Shown in pieces: positions 11,405 to 23,093 of a stretch of DNA of 64,000 nt. Location of the stretch: assembly GCA_964019425.1 (NCBI GenBank), contig OZ025797.1, positions 62,001-126,000 on the forward strand, written 5' to 3'. Under the pieces are notes generated by a model. It searched no databases and had not been told where the DNA came from. It saw nothing but the letters and a program-made list of their open reading frames with translations. Source of the DNA: Flectonema sp. DT1601 (taxonomy: Eukaryota). A program made the translations under genes and the position numbers. Every line of letters starts with the position of its first letter. Position 1 is the stretch's first letter.

Positions 11405-12915
11405 TTTTTTCTTGTGTGTTACGAATTGATTTCAAACTGTTTTCGTGAAAAGGGGGAATTACTTGGACCTTAATAACCTAAGAAACAGAATACATTCCGA
11501 GCCTTGCCCAGTACGGGTCAGGTGTGTCTACAAGCCAATCATTAGCAGTGTCTGTAAGAATGAGAAATTAAATCATTAAATAGAAATAAGAGATTAATAT
11601 CAGATAGTAGTACCGTTGCTTAAACTACAATAGTAGTATTCAAAAAAAAGAAAATAAGTTGCTACCATCCCTTCGGAAGGTTAGTTGTGAAGGGTTCTGA
11701 TAAATTTTAGAATGCAGACGACGCTTAAGAACAATAATTCATTTGTTAGTACGAAAAGAAGAAAAAAGGTTTGTTGATCGTACAGTAATACTGGTGGCAC
11801 AGTGAAATAGATAACATTTGACCATAAATTTTGAAAACGTAAAAGCAGTAACAATTTTAGGTATTAAAAACAAAATTAATATCAAAGTACTTGACTGAGA
11901 AAAACATTTGTAGTTGCTAAAGACAAGAAGACGTTATCGAATCTAGTTATTCAAGGAACACGTACTATCTGGTTGAGTTCGTCGGTGCGGCGGTAATTTG
12001 ATACTGCATTTTCAAGCTCAAAGGAACAACAATTTCTCCGACAATCTTGACTGTCAGCGGCAGCGTAGTAAATGACTGCAAATAAATAAATAATACCACT
12101 GGAGGCCACGTGAACATAGTTGAGCGCCATTTGCCTATGTTACCGTAACAGCTTTTTGTAAAACTCATGAGTACTTAATTAATACATTATATTGTCTTGA
12201 AAATTAACCATAGAAAAAGACGAACACCAGGAAGGGGGGCGGCTCTCTGTTAATAGCCGTATATACTGGTATTTGATGATACGAAAACTGTATTAAAAGT
12301 AGTTCAAGATGGCGAAACACGTTGTGAAATAATTAAACGCAGCACATCTCACTACTAACAAAAAACCTAAAACAAAAAGGAAACGTGATAACCCGCATTT
12401 ACGGTAAATGGCAAAGTGCCATTCCCTCGCTACACTCCACTCCCCCTAGCTGTCACAAATGTAAATCAAAATGCCCTGCCTGGCTAGTCACTACAATTAA
12501 ACTTCCCGGAGGGCGACGGGATTGGAAATAAAAGAGGGAAAAGAAACATTGTCTTCGATCATGCCGCTCCAAAATTAAAAAAGAGGCGAGCATAAACATC
12601 CTCATAATTCACACAAGGAGAGGGGGACACCACGCGGACTAGCCGCCGTTTTTTTGCTAAATTTTGTCCCTTGGGAAGTGCATTAAAGTTGTCCACTTCT
12701 ACGGTGGATAGCACGCACAGTCTTTCCTGCCCAGTAGGCACAGTGTGTAACTTTAAACGTACGTTGCTTAAATAATTAGGGAAGCAACACTGGATGAGTG
12801 GTCAATTGTACATGCGGGGGGGGAAAGGGTGCAAATCTACCCTACGTCGCACAACAACAAATAATAACTTTCATAAACTTCAAACGGTAAAGTAAGGAAA
12901 AAAGAGAAAAACATT

Positions 12916-14286
12916 TCACGACAAATGTTGAGGATCTGAATTGCAGACAGCATGCGTATGATCTTCCAATCCGACCCAAAGTGACGGGGAAATTGAATTT
13001 TCCAACGGAATAGCCGCAAGTGATTGAAGGTCTTCTGGTACAGATATTGATGCTACAGCAACTGAAGAATTAGGAGAGTGGAGAACAAGTGAGTTTGTAA
13101 AATTAGATAATAGCTGCCCTGACCAACTTTGTACAACAGCAGAAGGATGAAACCCTACTGAAGGAGGGATCAGGTCACACACATGACGAGTTGTATTTCT
13201 CACATCCCACAATTTCAAACTCTCGTCAGAGTACCGTGCCGCCAACAAGTGTGGATGTGTTTCTAGTAAAGCAAGTGAAGTAGCTGTTGATCTTTCCTTT
13301 TTATTTGTATTGTAGTAATTAAGAAATTTTCCAATTCTCCAATCAATATGTGCTAATGTTCCACCCCTCTGTCCGATATACGTAACACCTCCTTCAGGTT
13401 CTGACAGTATTGAAGTGACAGGTCTTCTGGTTCTTAAGTTTTTCAGATCAAAATTCTGAAGGTTAACTCTGAAGACACCGTCTTGAGTTCCAAACATTAA
13501 ATTATTTGTACCTTTCTGTATTGTTGATGATAAGCAGATTCCCACCGGTAGGGTAACCGACCGAGCGCGTTTCACTAAAAACAGTTCCGTACAATTAGTA
13601 TTCGCAACGGCGCAAATTTCAGACTCTCCAATCGGATGTAAATTCCGTAGCCGACAACCCGGAGGCAAAACTGTGTAGCTCTTTAGATCTTGTGGGGGTA
13701 CGGCAGCTATCTTTCTATCACAAGAATCATATTTCAAGCGAACCTCATTCAGAGATACAGCACTTATAGCTCCGCTTTCGGATGCTCCGCAAAACAGTTC
13801 GTTCGATTTTTCAGAATAAATAACGACTCCACCAATGGGTTCACACACGGCGTTACAATCTAAGTTCCACAAAGTGTTATGATGAGATTGATTTAATTCT
13901 GGTTTGAATCTGACGGGAGTATCAACGAGAACGGTATTCTTTCTCTTTGTAGTTTTCTTATTAACAACAACAGGTACCCACGACATAGCCATCATTGCTG
14001 GGATGCTGCTGCTGGAGGCGTTCTTCCACAGATCTGATCGATCTTGTTTTTTTAAATGACTCGATAGGTTGAAACACCCACCTTCGACATCTTTATCAGG
14101 TGGTTTCTTCTCTCTCAGTGTTAGTTGCATTGTATTTGATATGTCCTTCCATCGTAGAACTTCACCTTTTTCGGATACTAATTCCATATTTTTATTTCTC
14201 ATCATGGCCTCCTCAGCATTAGGGTCTGACCTGAGTGCTGCTATAGAATACATCTTTCCCTGAGAGTCAGTTATGAATCCTTTCAT
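12916..14286 (-). CDS. WD40-repeat protein, possibly DCAF4/WDR21-like
   Basis: Degenerate WD repeats (YIGQRGGTLAHIDWR, SLKLWDVR with a WDxR motif). Confidence 0.7.
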   Translation of the reverse strand: MKGFITDSQGKMYSIAALRSDPNAEEAMMRNKNMELVSEKGEVLRWKDISNTMQLTLREKKPPDKDVEGGCFNLSSHLKKQDRSDLWKNASSSSIPAMMAMSWVPVVVNKKTTKRKNTVLVDTPVRFKPELNQSHHNTLWNLDCNAVCEPIGGVVIYSEKSNELFCGASESGAISAVSLNEVRLKYDSCDRKIAAVPPQDLKSYTVLPPGCRLRNLHPIGESEICAVANTNCTELFLVKRARSVTLPVGICLSSTIQKGTNNLMFGTQDGVFRVNLQNFDLKNLRTRRPVTSILSEPEGGVTYIGQRGGTLAHIDWRIGKFLNYYNTNKKERSTATSLALLETHPHLLAARYSDESLKLWDVRNTTRHVCDLIPPSVGFHPSAVVQSWSGQLLSNFTNSLVLHSPNSSVAVASISVPEDLQSLAAIPLENSISPSLWVGLEDHTHAVCNSDPQHLS

Positions 14287-14451
14287 ATTACTGTAGTTGA
14301 TCTGAAGAGCATAAGGTTATATTGTTTCTGTGGCGATCAATCAGAGTCTTCTGATGGTAACCCTACGAAAGGGTTAAGATGTGTAATAAAAAAAATAATA
14401 TAATCAAGTAAACAGTTTTGTAACAATTATAAGTCCTGTAAAAGACAATAT

Positions 14452-15231
14452 TCATTGTGTGGATTCTGTTGTCGAAAATGAAACAGCAGCGCAGGACTTG
14501 ATGCAAGACTTCCGAGGGAAGGACGTGAGATCCTTTTGAGAATCAACAGAGCCATATGGAGTAGAACAGAACATCGACTCACATGACAAACCAAATCTGC
14601 TTCCAGGTGAGGGCATGACACCATAATCTGAATTAGTAGTGTCAATATATGGAAAAGTATATTTTTTAAATGGAACGGGATCTGCTATCGACACCCTTCG
14701 AGGTCTGTTTACTATTGTAGTTGATGCCCCTGATGAAGTACCTTTACACAATTGATTAACCAATCTTCGAACAGCACTCTTTGGAGCGCTGTTACAAATA
14801 AGTGACGCAATTGTTGAATCAGAAACAGATTCCTCCGATCTATTTCGAACAACACTACATCCAGCAGTCGCAATTACTTTACAGAGTGCTGTCGAATGCG
14901 TGGTGGAGGTGGCTGCCATTGCTGTAAGCCAAGGAAGTCCTAATTCTGTTTTATTTATTTTTTTAATTTTACACATTCTCTGAAGAACATTCATCTGAGC
15001 TCCAACAGCACTACGAAGTTCAATATTATCAGTTGAGTTGACTATTGATTTTAGAGTCTCCTCTTGTTTTCTTAGCATATCTGACAGACGTATTCCAAGC
15101 CAGTTATATTCAAGAGAACAATCACTGTCAGTGTCATCCAGGTTATCATGTTTTATATTTGAACGAATGTTCGCAGCTATAATCAAATCCACGTCAGTAC
15201 TAGAATTATCCCAACTGCTTATAGAAGACAT
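14452..15231 (-). CDS. Hypothetical Ser-rich protein
   Basis: 259-aa ATG ORF, co-oriented with its neighbours. Confidence 0.65.
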   Translation of the reverse strand: MSSISSWDNSSTDVDLIIAANIRSNIKHDNLDDTDSDCSLEYNWLGIRLSDMLRKQEETLKSIVNSTDNIELRSAVGAQMNVLQRMCKIKKINKTELGLPWLTAMAATSTTHSTALCKVIATAGCSVVRNRSEESVSDSTIASLICNSAPKSAVRRLVNQLCKGTSSGASTTIVNRPRRVSIADPVPFKKYTFPYIDTTNSDYGVMPSPGSRFGLSCESMFCSTPYGSVDSQKDLTSFPRKSCIKSCAAVSFSTTESTQ

Positions 15232-15935
15232 TATCCTGGTTTGGTCTAACTTCTCATTTTTTTTTTCTGTATGGAGAAAAAAATCGTATTAATTAAATAA
15301 AAACAAACTTTTTATTTTTTTTTCTGAATAAAAACAAGTAGCATAAAACAGATATCAAAAACCCCATTAACAACACCATTCACAGTTCCAAGTGACGCAT
15401 TAAAAGCCGCTTTTGAACCGAAATTGAGAGGAACGGTAGACTTTTTTTTTTTTTTTTTTTCCTTATTTATTTATTTATTTATTTATTTTTTTTTTTTTTC
15501 CTCAATGAGATAGAATGGATAAGACAAAAAGTACTTTCTTTTGGGAAACTTTTTTAAAAAAAAAAAAAAAAAAAAGTTTTGAAAGAAGACTACTGGTCTG
15601 CTTAATAAAAAACTCACGATTGCTCTTGAACAGCGTATATGGGTGAACTCAAAACAGTAAGACTTTCTCTACACTGGATGGATGGGGGAATCATGAAAGG
15701 TCAAGAAAGCACAATCGGTAGTGCGATACGAAAAAACTAAATGAGACAAGGCTAGAAGCGATAACTAATTTCTATTAATACTTGTTTTTAAACATGGGGG
15801 GGTCTCTTCAAAGAATCCGCAACAGCAGAAAATTTTAAAAAAACTGTAAAAAAAAATCGTCCTACATTAAACGATGGGAGAATTTAAAAAGAAGAAGAAG
15901 AAGAAGAAAAAACACGAAATTCATTTGCGTTGCTA

Positions 15936-17663
15936 CTACAGACTACCAGATACTACACTGCGCTTCTCACACCTACTAATTATCTTTGAGACTGGAACTG
16001 CTGATTCTTTTATTGAAGTTCGATGGTCTGAAGAAAAGTTAATTGCAGGCTGAGATATCTTCTTCATGGATGCCGTAGCTGTTTTTAAATTCCTCGATTT
16101 GAGTACACTGTCAACGTTAGATCTGTTGTAACTTCCGTAAATGTTCGGTACGGACATTTGGTTAGTCTTCATCTTCCTCGAAGATAACATCGTTTCGATG
16201 TTTTCAGCAATTTTTTCATTACTCATCTTTGCTTCCTTCATCTTTCTGTAACTTTGCGTCACAACTTTCTCAGCATCGAATAACGATAATTCCTCTTGGG
16301 CAGCTGAAGTTATAATTTCAGGAAGAAGATGCGACGATGTCAGTGGGAGATATCTACCATCAGTAATTTCAGCGAGTCCTTGCATGAGATCATGAGCACC
16401 CTCAAACATTGACAACATAGGTTCTACAGCAACCACGTGAAAAGTAATACCCCTTAAAGCCATTGTACGTGCAATGGCAATCGGATCTAAACCCGAAGGA
16501 TCTCCTTCCGGGTAGGAATCACGATCCATTTCATCAGAAATAGAAGTTTGAGGTACGATACCGTGAGGAGGAGCATCAGCTATTAGAACCACAACTTTCG
16601 CAGCATCATTCCTCCAACGAAAAAGCATCGCTTCGTTCATGGCTGCGGTCACCGCTTCTGGTCCATCTTCTCCTCCATAAGCTCCGTACAAACTAATTAT
16701 GTGACTCATTTCTTCAGGATTTTCCACAAAATCATGGCATTTAGTCACGAATTCATCTCTGTGATCTCTGTAAGCGACGTATCCAAACCTCACGTGAGCA
16801 TCTGTTTTGTTCACTTTTGCTGCGATTTGTCCGATACTTTTTTTCGCTGCTTCAATAAAGTCACCCATTGACGATGTGCAATCCATACAAAACACGATAT
16901 CAATTAATTTCTTTCCCTTTTGAAATGTAACAGGAGACTTTGGGAATTGTTTACTACTATTGAAGGCAGGTGCTCTAGATGATTTTTTAATTAGTGGATC
17001 GTATTTGGAAGATTCTTTCAGTTCACGCGCAGGAGGAGTTCCAGTTGAGTGTCTGCTTCTTGACACATGAGAATCATGTGGAGGAGTACCAGAGTGCCTA
17101 CCCTTCACAGATCCTGCAGTCATTGAGTGAGGTTCAGGCACTCTGCTAGCTGAAATATGCACTCTCGAGTCACGAGGAGGAGTAATCGAAAACCTGCTAG
17201 TTGCTGGCACTGCGGTGCTAATTGAGTGAGGTTCTGCTACATGTCTGCTTTTCGCTGGAGCTTCAGGTGAGTACATGTTAGAAGGAGAGACTGATGTTCT
17301 ACTAGCAAGAGAGTGGTAACCTCCAACATGTGGTGACTTCCGACTAGCTGAACTGGCGGTTGCCGTGATCGGTGTCGTTGACGTAGCAGAAGTATGCGAC
17401 GCACGAGAAAATCCCGACAATGCTGGGTGAGGAGGAGTAGATAAAGATGATTGATGCGATTCCCTCACTCCAGGACTAATAGCTGACGGCGGGGCGGTGG
17501 TTCCTGTTGCTCTTCCAAAAAAGATATCTGCCGTAGGCGTCATTACTCCTGTTGTAGGCACGCTTGACCTTGTCGAAGGAACTTCCATCCTCACACTGCT
17601 TGGCGGCTTGACTCCTGAAGTAGCCACGCCTGATCTTGTCACACCGTTTGACACGTAAGACAT
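15936..17663 (-). CDS. von Willebrand factor A domain protein with disordered S/T/P-rich N-terminus
   Basis: MIDAS-like DIVFCMDCTSSM, FGYVAYRDH, GGEDGPEAV, VLIADAPPHG. Confidence 0.88.
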   Translation of the reverse strand: MSYVSNGVTRSGVATSGVKPPSSVRMEVPSTRSSVPTTGVMTPTADIFFGRATGTTAPPSAISPGVRESHQSSLSTPPHPALSGFSRASHTSATSTTPITATASSASRKSPHVGGYHSLASRTSVSPSNMYSPEAPAKSRHVAEPHSISTAVPATSRFSITPPRDSRVHISASRVPEPHSMTAGSVKGRHSGTPPHDSHVSRSRHSTGTPPARELKESSKYDPLIKKSSRAPAFNSSKQFPKSPVTFQKGKKLIDIVFCMDCTSSMGDFIEAAKKSIGQIAAKVNKTDAHVRFGYVAYRDHRDEFVTKCHDFVENPEEMSHIISLYGAYGGEDGPEAVTAAMNEAMLFRWRNDAAKVVVLIADAPPHGIVPQTSISDEMDRDSYPEGDPSGLDPIAIARTMALRGITFHVVAVEPMLSMFEGAHDLMQGLAEITDGRYLPLTSSHLLPEIITSAAQEELSLFDAEKVVTQSYRKMKEAKMSNEKIAENIETMLSSRKMKTNQMSVPNIYGSYNRSNVDSVLKSRNLKTATASMKKISQPAINFSSDHRTSIKESAVPVSKIISRCEKRSVVSGSL

Positions 17664-18007
17664 TTTATATATGCTGAAATAATAAAGTTAACTGAAGCAA
17701 TCATTTTGTTGAAGAACACTACAACATCATAGTGAGGATGTAGTAATTGTCATTAAGAAGACTTTTAGTAACAATTTGTTAACTTTTTATTTTATTTTAT
17801 ATTGTTGTTTGTTTTTCTTATTATGATCCCGTCTTAAAAAAGAGAGAATCGCACAAAAACAGAAACACTTCAAAGAGAATAATCCACACGACTAAAAAAA
17901 AAAAAAAAAAAAAACACCGACCACGTGTGGTTCAGCCACGACGACTAAGGATAGAATGAAAGACGCAAGAAGCTAGAGTGAGTACAAACAAAACGAGCAA
18001 CTCTTAT

Positions 18008-18964
18008 TCAGTTAAATGAGAATTTCGTATCCCGTTCTTCCTTACTATCTGGCTTTGTCTGTGAATGCAATTTGTCGAGAAGTTGCTGAAGGAGATTATT
18101 ACCACCAAGTTGAGTGATTTCCCCAGTCATGTCTGAATATAGTTTCCGAAGAACTTGTAAAGTGTACTCAAACGATCCTGTCTCTGACATCAAAGTCAAA
18201 GCGTATTCTTTAATCTCATCACAGTCAGAACAACTTTTTACTATTCTGTGAAGCCGATCATCACCAGATTCAGCAGCCTTGTGAATAGAATGTAATATAA
18301 CAAATGAATATTTCCCTTCTGAAATGTCTTCACAGAAAGTCTTCGATTTATGATAGCGTTCACTAGCAAGGTTGAGGTAGTCATCCAGTATCTGAAAGTA
18401 TGATCCCATTTTATTAAGAAGAGCAGTGAAATTTGCATCACAACTACTAAAGCATTGCATAATTCTAACAGTGAGTCTAAATAGTCCTCCTGTTTTATCA
18501 GTAACCATTTCGTAATATTGTTTTTCAGTTGGAACGATATTAGTGTCTCTAAAGTAGATGTCCTTTCCTTGCCCAACATGTAATGCGCAGAGCTCTTCCG
18601 TGAACGCCGTTAATACTTTTCTACTCAAAGCATCCTCCCCAGCAGGAACTAAATTTATAGCCTCTTGCAAAGCTGTAAAATAAACATAATTTGCGCTATT
18701 TATGGTTGCGGGGACTCCATAAATTTTGTGTGCAACTGGAACTCCCCTTCGTAGAAGAGAATCATCCTCGATATCGTCGATTAAAAGAGACGAGTCGTGC
18801 AGTTTGTTAATAATACTTTTGATACCGTCAGTCTTGTGATCTTCTATTTTCATCCATCCGTTGAAAGAGTCGATCATCTTTCCACGAAATCCCTTACCTG
18901 CCACACTCGAAATGTGGACATACGGAGCAAGGAGTGCTTTATTTAATGTGTCTTCGTCTGCCAT
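18008..18964 (-). CDS. GGPS1: Geranylgeranyl pyrophosphate synthase (animal/fungal type)
   Basis: GKGFR, LLIDDIEDDSLLRRG (FARM), GQGKDI, KTGGLF, FQILDDYLN (SARM), EDISEGK. Confidence 0.93.
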   Translation of the reverse strand: MADEDTLNKALLAPYVHISSVAGKGFRGKMIDSFNGWMKIEDHKTDGIKSIINKLHDSSLLIDDIEDDSLLRRGVPVAHKIYGVPATINSANYVYFTALQEAINLVPAGEDALSRKVLTAFTEELCALHVGQGKDIYFRDTNIVPTEKQYYEMVTDKTGGLFRLTVRIMQCFSSCDANFTALLNKMGSYFQILDDYLNLASERYHKSKTFCEDISEGKYSFVILHSIHKAAESGDDRLHRIVKSCSDCDEIKEYALTLMSETGSFEYTLQVLRKLYSDMTGEITQLGGNNLLQQLLDKLHSQTKPDSKEERDTKFSFN

Positions 18965-21900
18965 AGTTGAATGCGTGCCTGATTTCAGTGATTTAAAAAA
19001 AAAAGAAATAATAATAATGTTTTATGACCCGCTACTTCAATTAAACTACGTCCTCTCCATTGGGGCCTTTTTTTGTTTCCTTAAATTGCACGCAAGTTCG
19101 TTCTTTTGCCCCCCCCTTTTTTTGTCACTTTTTTTTTTTTTTTTTTTCACGTCAGAGTTCCCAGTGAAAACCCTTAGTCGAGGATTGCATACGATTAGAA
19201 GACAAAAACAAGGACAAAAACGACCAAATACAAAACAGAACTTTTTCTCTCTCGGGTCGATCAAGTGCTTTTTTCGAATTTGGTTAAAACAGCCTCAGCA
19301 AAACAAAACCCCCCAAAATTGTAATTACGGGGCTGAAAAACCTTTGGGACATAAGTTGCAGTTTTCCTAAGTTGGCTGCCCAAAAAAAGTTTTTCGCCGA
19401 AAAAATAACCGATGCTTCGCCCTCCCTTTTTTTTTTTTGATCCAGATTCTGTGATTCCCTTTTTTCCTCTTTCTTCGTTCCAGCTGAGTTCTTTTTATGG
19501 TATTTGAGAGTTTACGTCCTATTTTTTTATTTTTTTTTCTTCTTTTTTTTTTTTTCCATTCATTTATTATCCTCTCTTCCCTGATTTCCTATTTTTTACC
19601 AAAAAAAGGGGGGGGGGGCGAAAAGAAAAAAGAGGAGGAAAAAGGAGGAAAAAAAAAACCCCAACAAATTAAAAATTTCAGTGTACTCAATAACACTTCA
19701 ATGACACGTTTTTGATTGAGCGTTTACACAACGTGTCGTTTGCTTCTTTAGTTCCGTGCTGCGTAAGACTTTACCAGTCTTACAAGCAAAAAGAAACAAA
19801 TTAAACACATGAGCGAAGCAAGAATACCACCACCGACAAAACGGGAAAACGTACAACCAAAACCACGGATTTGGAATTTTTGGAAGGCGGGTTTGCGCGG
19901 ATTGTCGGGTGCTGATTAGTTTCTGTGACGACGGACGAGATGTAATCCCAACAAGTGATTCTCTCTTTTTCTGTTTTTATCTTTTGAAATCCGATTCCGA
20001 TATTTGTTAAATCCATCAACAACATAAATTAAACAAATTGACACAGACGAACAACTTCACTCCCTCTCTAACCCTGAAGGGTAACGTTCAATAAAGAGTG
20101 ACCATAAAGGGACTGGTATCCGTATTGCAGCAAAAACTTACTTTTCCACAAAATCAGAAAAACAAACGAAATAGTTCCCCAAGTAAAGCGGTTGCCAAAC
20201 TGGTCTTCAAGAAAAAAAAAAAAAAAAGACAAACACAGGGTGGCTAAAAAGAAAAACCAATGTGCTCACCGTCACTTATGAAGGCGGGTGAGTAGAATTC
20301 AAACCGAACGAAAGGATACCCAGGAATAAAACCAAGAGAAACGTACGTATTAAGGCAAATTACAGTAACGTATCCACAGGAAACTACACACTGTAACCTG
20401 AGCCTGAAATGTTGAAGGCTGAAAAAAGGATTGCTTTTCTGGATAAACTAACCTTCATCAGTGACGAGTAGTTCCACAGTTGATCTTTGACAAGAACAAT
20501 GTATTCTAATATATCCGCTGAAAGAAAGCTCACACAGAAATCAATCACTTTAGTACCGTACATCTTTGAGAACGGTTCTCACACAAGAAAGAAGGCAAAG
20601 CCGAGAAAGAGAAAAAAAAAAAAGAATGCTACCTCACGGACAAAGTGACCAATCACTTTGCCAGTAGGAGCAGTGACTGCAATTGGCAAGAAAGCATCAG
20701 TTTAAAGACAAGGTCAAAAATACCAAGTAAGAACATGCATGTTATTCTTTTTTTAAAAAAAAAAGTCAAATAAAAATATCTATTTTTTTTTTTTCTTTTT
20801 TTCCCCAAATAACAGATCACTTTATCACGTCTAGTACATTATTTTCACAACGAGAGTAATGTTTTGATTGCGACTAACAATATGATTTTATGGGCACGCG
20901 AAGAAAAATCATAGAGGAAAGAAGCAAGCAGAACCTGTTTCGAGATAGTTGCAAAGAAATAAGTACGAAGCGTAACAAGCTTTCAATTACTTGGGTTAAC
21001 GTGTTTTTTATTTCAAACCGTCATTTCACTATTCTTAGGGTCTTGAGTCAGCCCCAGCAACCTATTTTAGGAAACGTTTATAATGCGAGTCACTTGCTTA
21101 CGTGTTTTTATTTTATTCAACCCGAGTATGTGAAAAATAATTTTATTTTATTTTTTTTTTATTTTTTTTTACCCACACCGAAATAATCTAAAGCCACCCC
21201 CACCTCATATCTCATCAAAAAAAAGTTATAAAAAATGTCACCTCTACAATTAAAGAAAAAGTTTGTTTCTTGTATGCGAAGTGAATCATTTAATGGTAGC
21301 CAGACTAAAAATTTAAAATCGATTCAGAGGACATTAATGCAGAGTATGTTCTCGGACCTTAATCCACTACCGGAAAGCCTTTTCTTTCCGTTGAGTGAGT
21401 CTCTTTCTCGAGTTCAACATAGCTCACATTATGCTCCACTTTTCATTTAAAAAAAAAAAAAAATTTCACTTTTTTTTTTTTTTTTTTTTCTGATTGATAA
21501 TAAATGACTCAGTATAAAGTATCACGAATGGGTTATTGGAACTGAACCAGACATCCGTACGAGTGTGAAGCAAATTCGGAATAAAAAAAAATAAAAATAA
21601 AATTTTAAAAAAAAACCAAAGAAATTCCGCATTTTGAATGGGATAAGAATAAGGTTTCCACAAAATGGAATACATCGAACAAAATAAAATTCTCTTTTTA
21701 CTAATTAAAAAAGATACTGTTACGATAAAAAGGATTACCTTTTCAAAGCACCACAAGAAAGAAAAGAGATCAACACACACAAAAATGGAAAGATAATGAT
21801 AAATATAGCGACTGATAACAAATAGAAGGGAAAGGAAATAGAAGGGTTTAAGCACATGATGGGCTGACCAAACCTCCTACCCCATCTTCATCGATGATGG

Positions 21901-22032
21901 CAGGAGGGATACCTTACGTATCTAGTCTGCTCCACATCTGCGGAAAGGACATGTGTGTGTGTAAAGAAAAAAGGAGGGGGAAAAAGAAACAGCAGTTAAA
22001 AACTTTTTTTTTTTTTTTATTAAGATAGTTCG

Positions 22033-22764
22033 TATTATTAGTTATGTCAACCAAAAAATATCAAATGCAAAAGTTCGTAGGACAACAAACAAATAATGGT
22101 TAGGCTCCAGGCTAAAATTAAAATACCTTCTTAGGACCATTCCCCTTACCCAGCGAAGAAAGTAAGGGGGACACTTTGCGGCGTCAGGCCCGTCCTACTC
22201 ATCGCATTTTTTAGTTAGTATTAATGGTTATTAGCTATTTAGTTAACTGATGACTACGAGGGGTCTGAGTAGCCCGTCAGTAAGGACCCAATCGCGAAGA
22301 TTGTAGTTTTGTAGCTTCGGCTGGAAGTTATCGACCTCTAGCTCCTGCCTTGCCTAGAGGCCAACAGGTTAAAACAACTAAAGAAAATAAAAGAGAAATG
22401 ATCTGGGAGTAGGGGGACAAAAATAAAAAATCTTTTTATTCCATGCAGAATCTTTTTTTATAATACGACCATAATAGCCCACATACCACGAAAGAAAATA
22501 AAAACCCCGGAACAGTACCGAGGATCGTTCACCCAGTTGTCCAAAGCATTATAATTGTACTGTGGGCTTACCGAAAGCTTTACAAAAGTACCACAAACAT
22601 TGGGCAGCATATAGCCGTATCACTCAGCAAGAAATGAAAACAAAAGGATCAGGTAAGATGACAGTCAGTTTATAGTCATAACTGCGCCGGACCAATATTA
22701 TAAAGAGAACTATGTGAGAAGGCTCTCAAAAAAAAACAGAACAAAAAGAGGACTGGAAGGGGGG
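22033..22764 (-). repeat. Downstream pseudo-LTR
   Basis: Apparently identical to 25386-26117 (offset 3353). Confidence 0.95.
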
Positions 22765-23093
22765 ACTTGGATAAATAAATCAAGGTTAACACGCAACAAA
22801 TTAGACATGAATCATTATAACTGGATTCTGTCCACACAAAATCGCATGCTTTAAATAAACTACCAGAGAAAGAAATGCTGTCAAGTCAAATTGACCCGGG
22901 GACCACGCACTACAGGTTGAGCATCCCATGCCCTGCAGGTCGTTACAGCTTGAAAACATTAATGCATTAATGGGTAACCAATAAAAATTATCTGGGTGGG
23001 TAGTTACAGGGGTGAGAAAAAAAGAAAAGATAAATAACATGGCAAGAATACGCTGGTTCGTAGCACACTACCAGCAAAGCCCATCCCATAAAC

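Larger units (their letters stand above)
1900..11570. repeat. Tandem array of four ~1.64-kb units, each with a membrane-protein gene; two units enlarged by a transposon
   Basis: Near-identical spacers and genes. Starts at 3441, 6407, 9704 and 11404 give spacings of 2966, 3297 and 1700, i.e. ~1635 plus 1333, 1659 or ~63 bp. Confidence 0.95.

Noticed and set aside
20263..20294. Hairpin followed by ACA (also 36355-36402) as H/ACA snoRNA
   Set aside because: Too short, or lacking an upper stem and pseudouridylation pocket.
18861..21855. Short F/K-rich ORFs in spacers (also 27.6-30.4 kb, 33.1 kb, 52 kb)
   Set aside because: Artefacts of poly(T)/poly(A) tracts.
22247..22310. Canonical hammerhead ribozyme in the pLTR
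   Set aside because: CTGATGA is present but stem II is followed by TTTT, not GAAA; no canonical core on the minus strand either.
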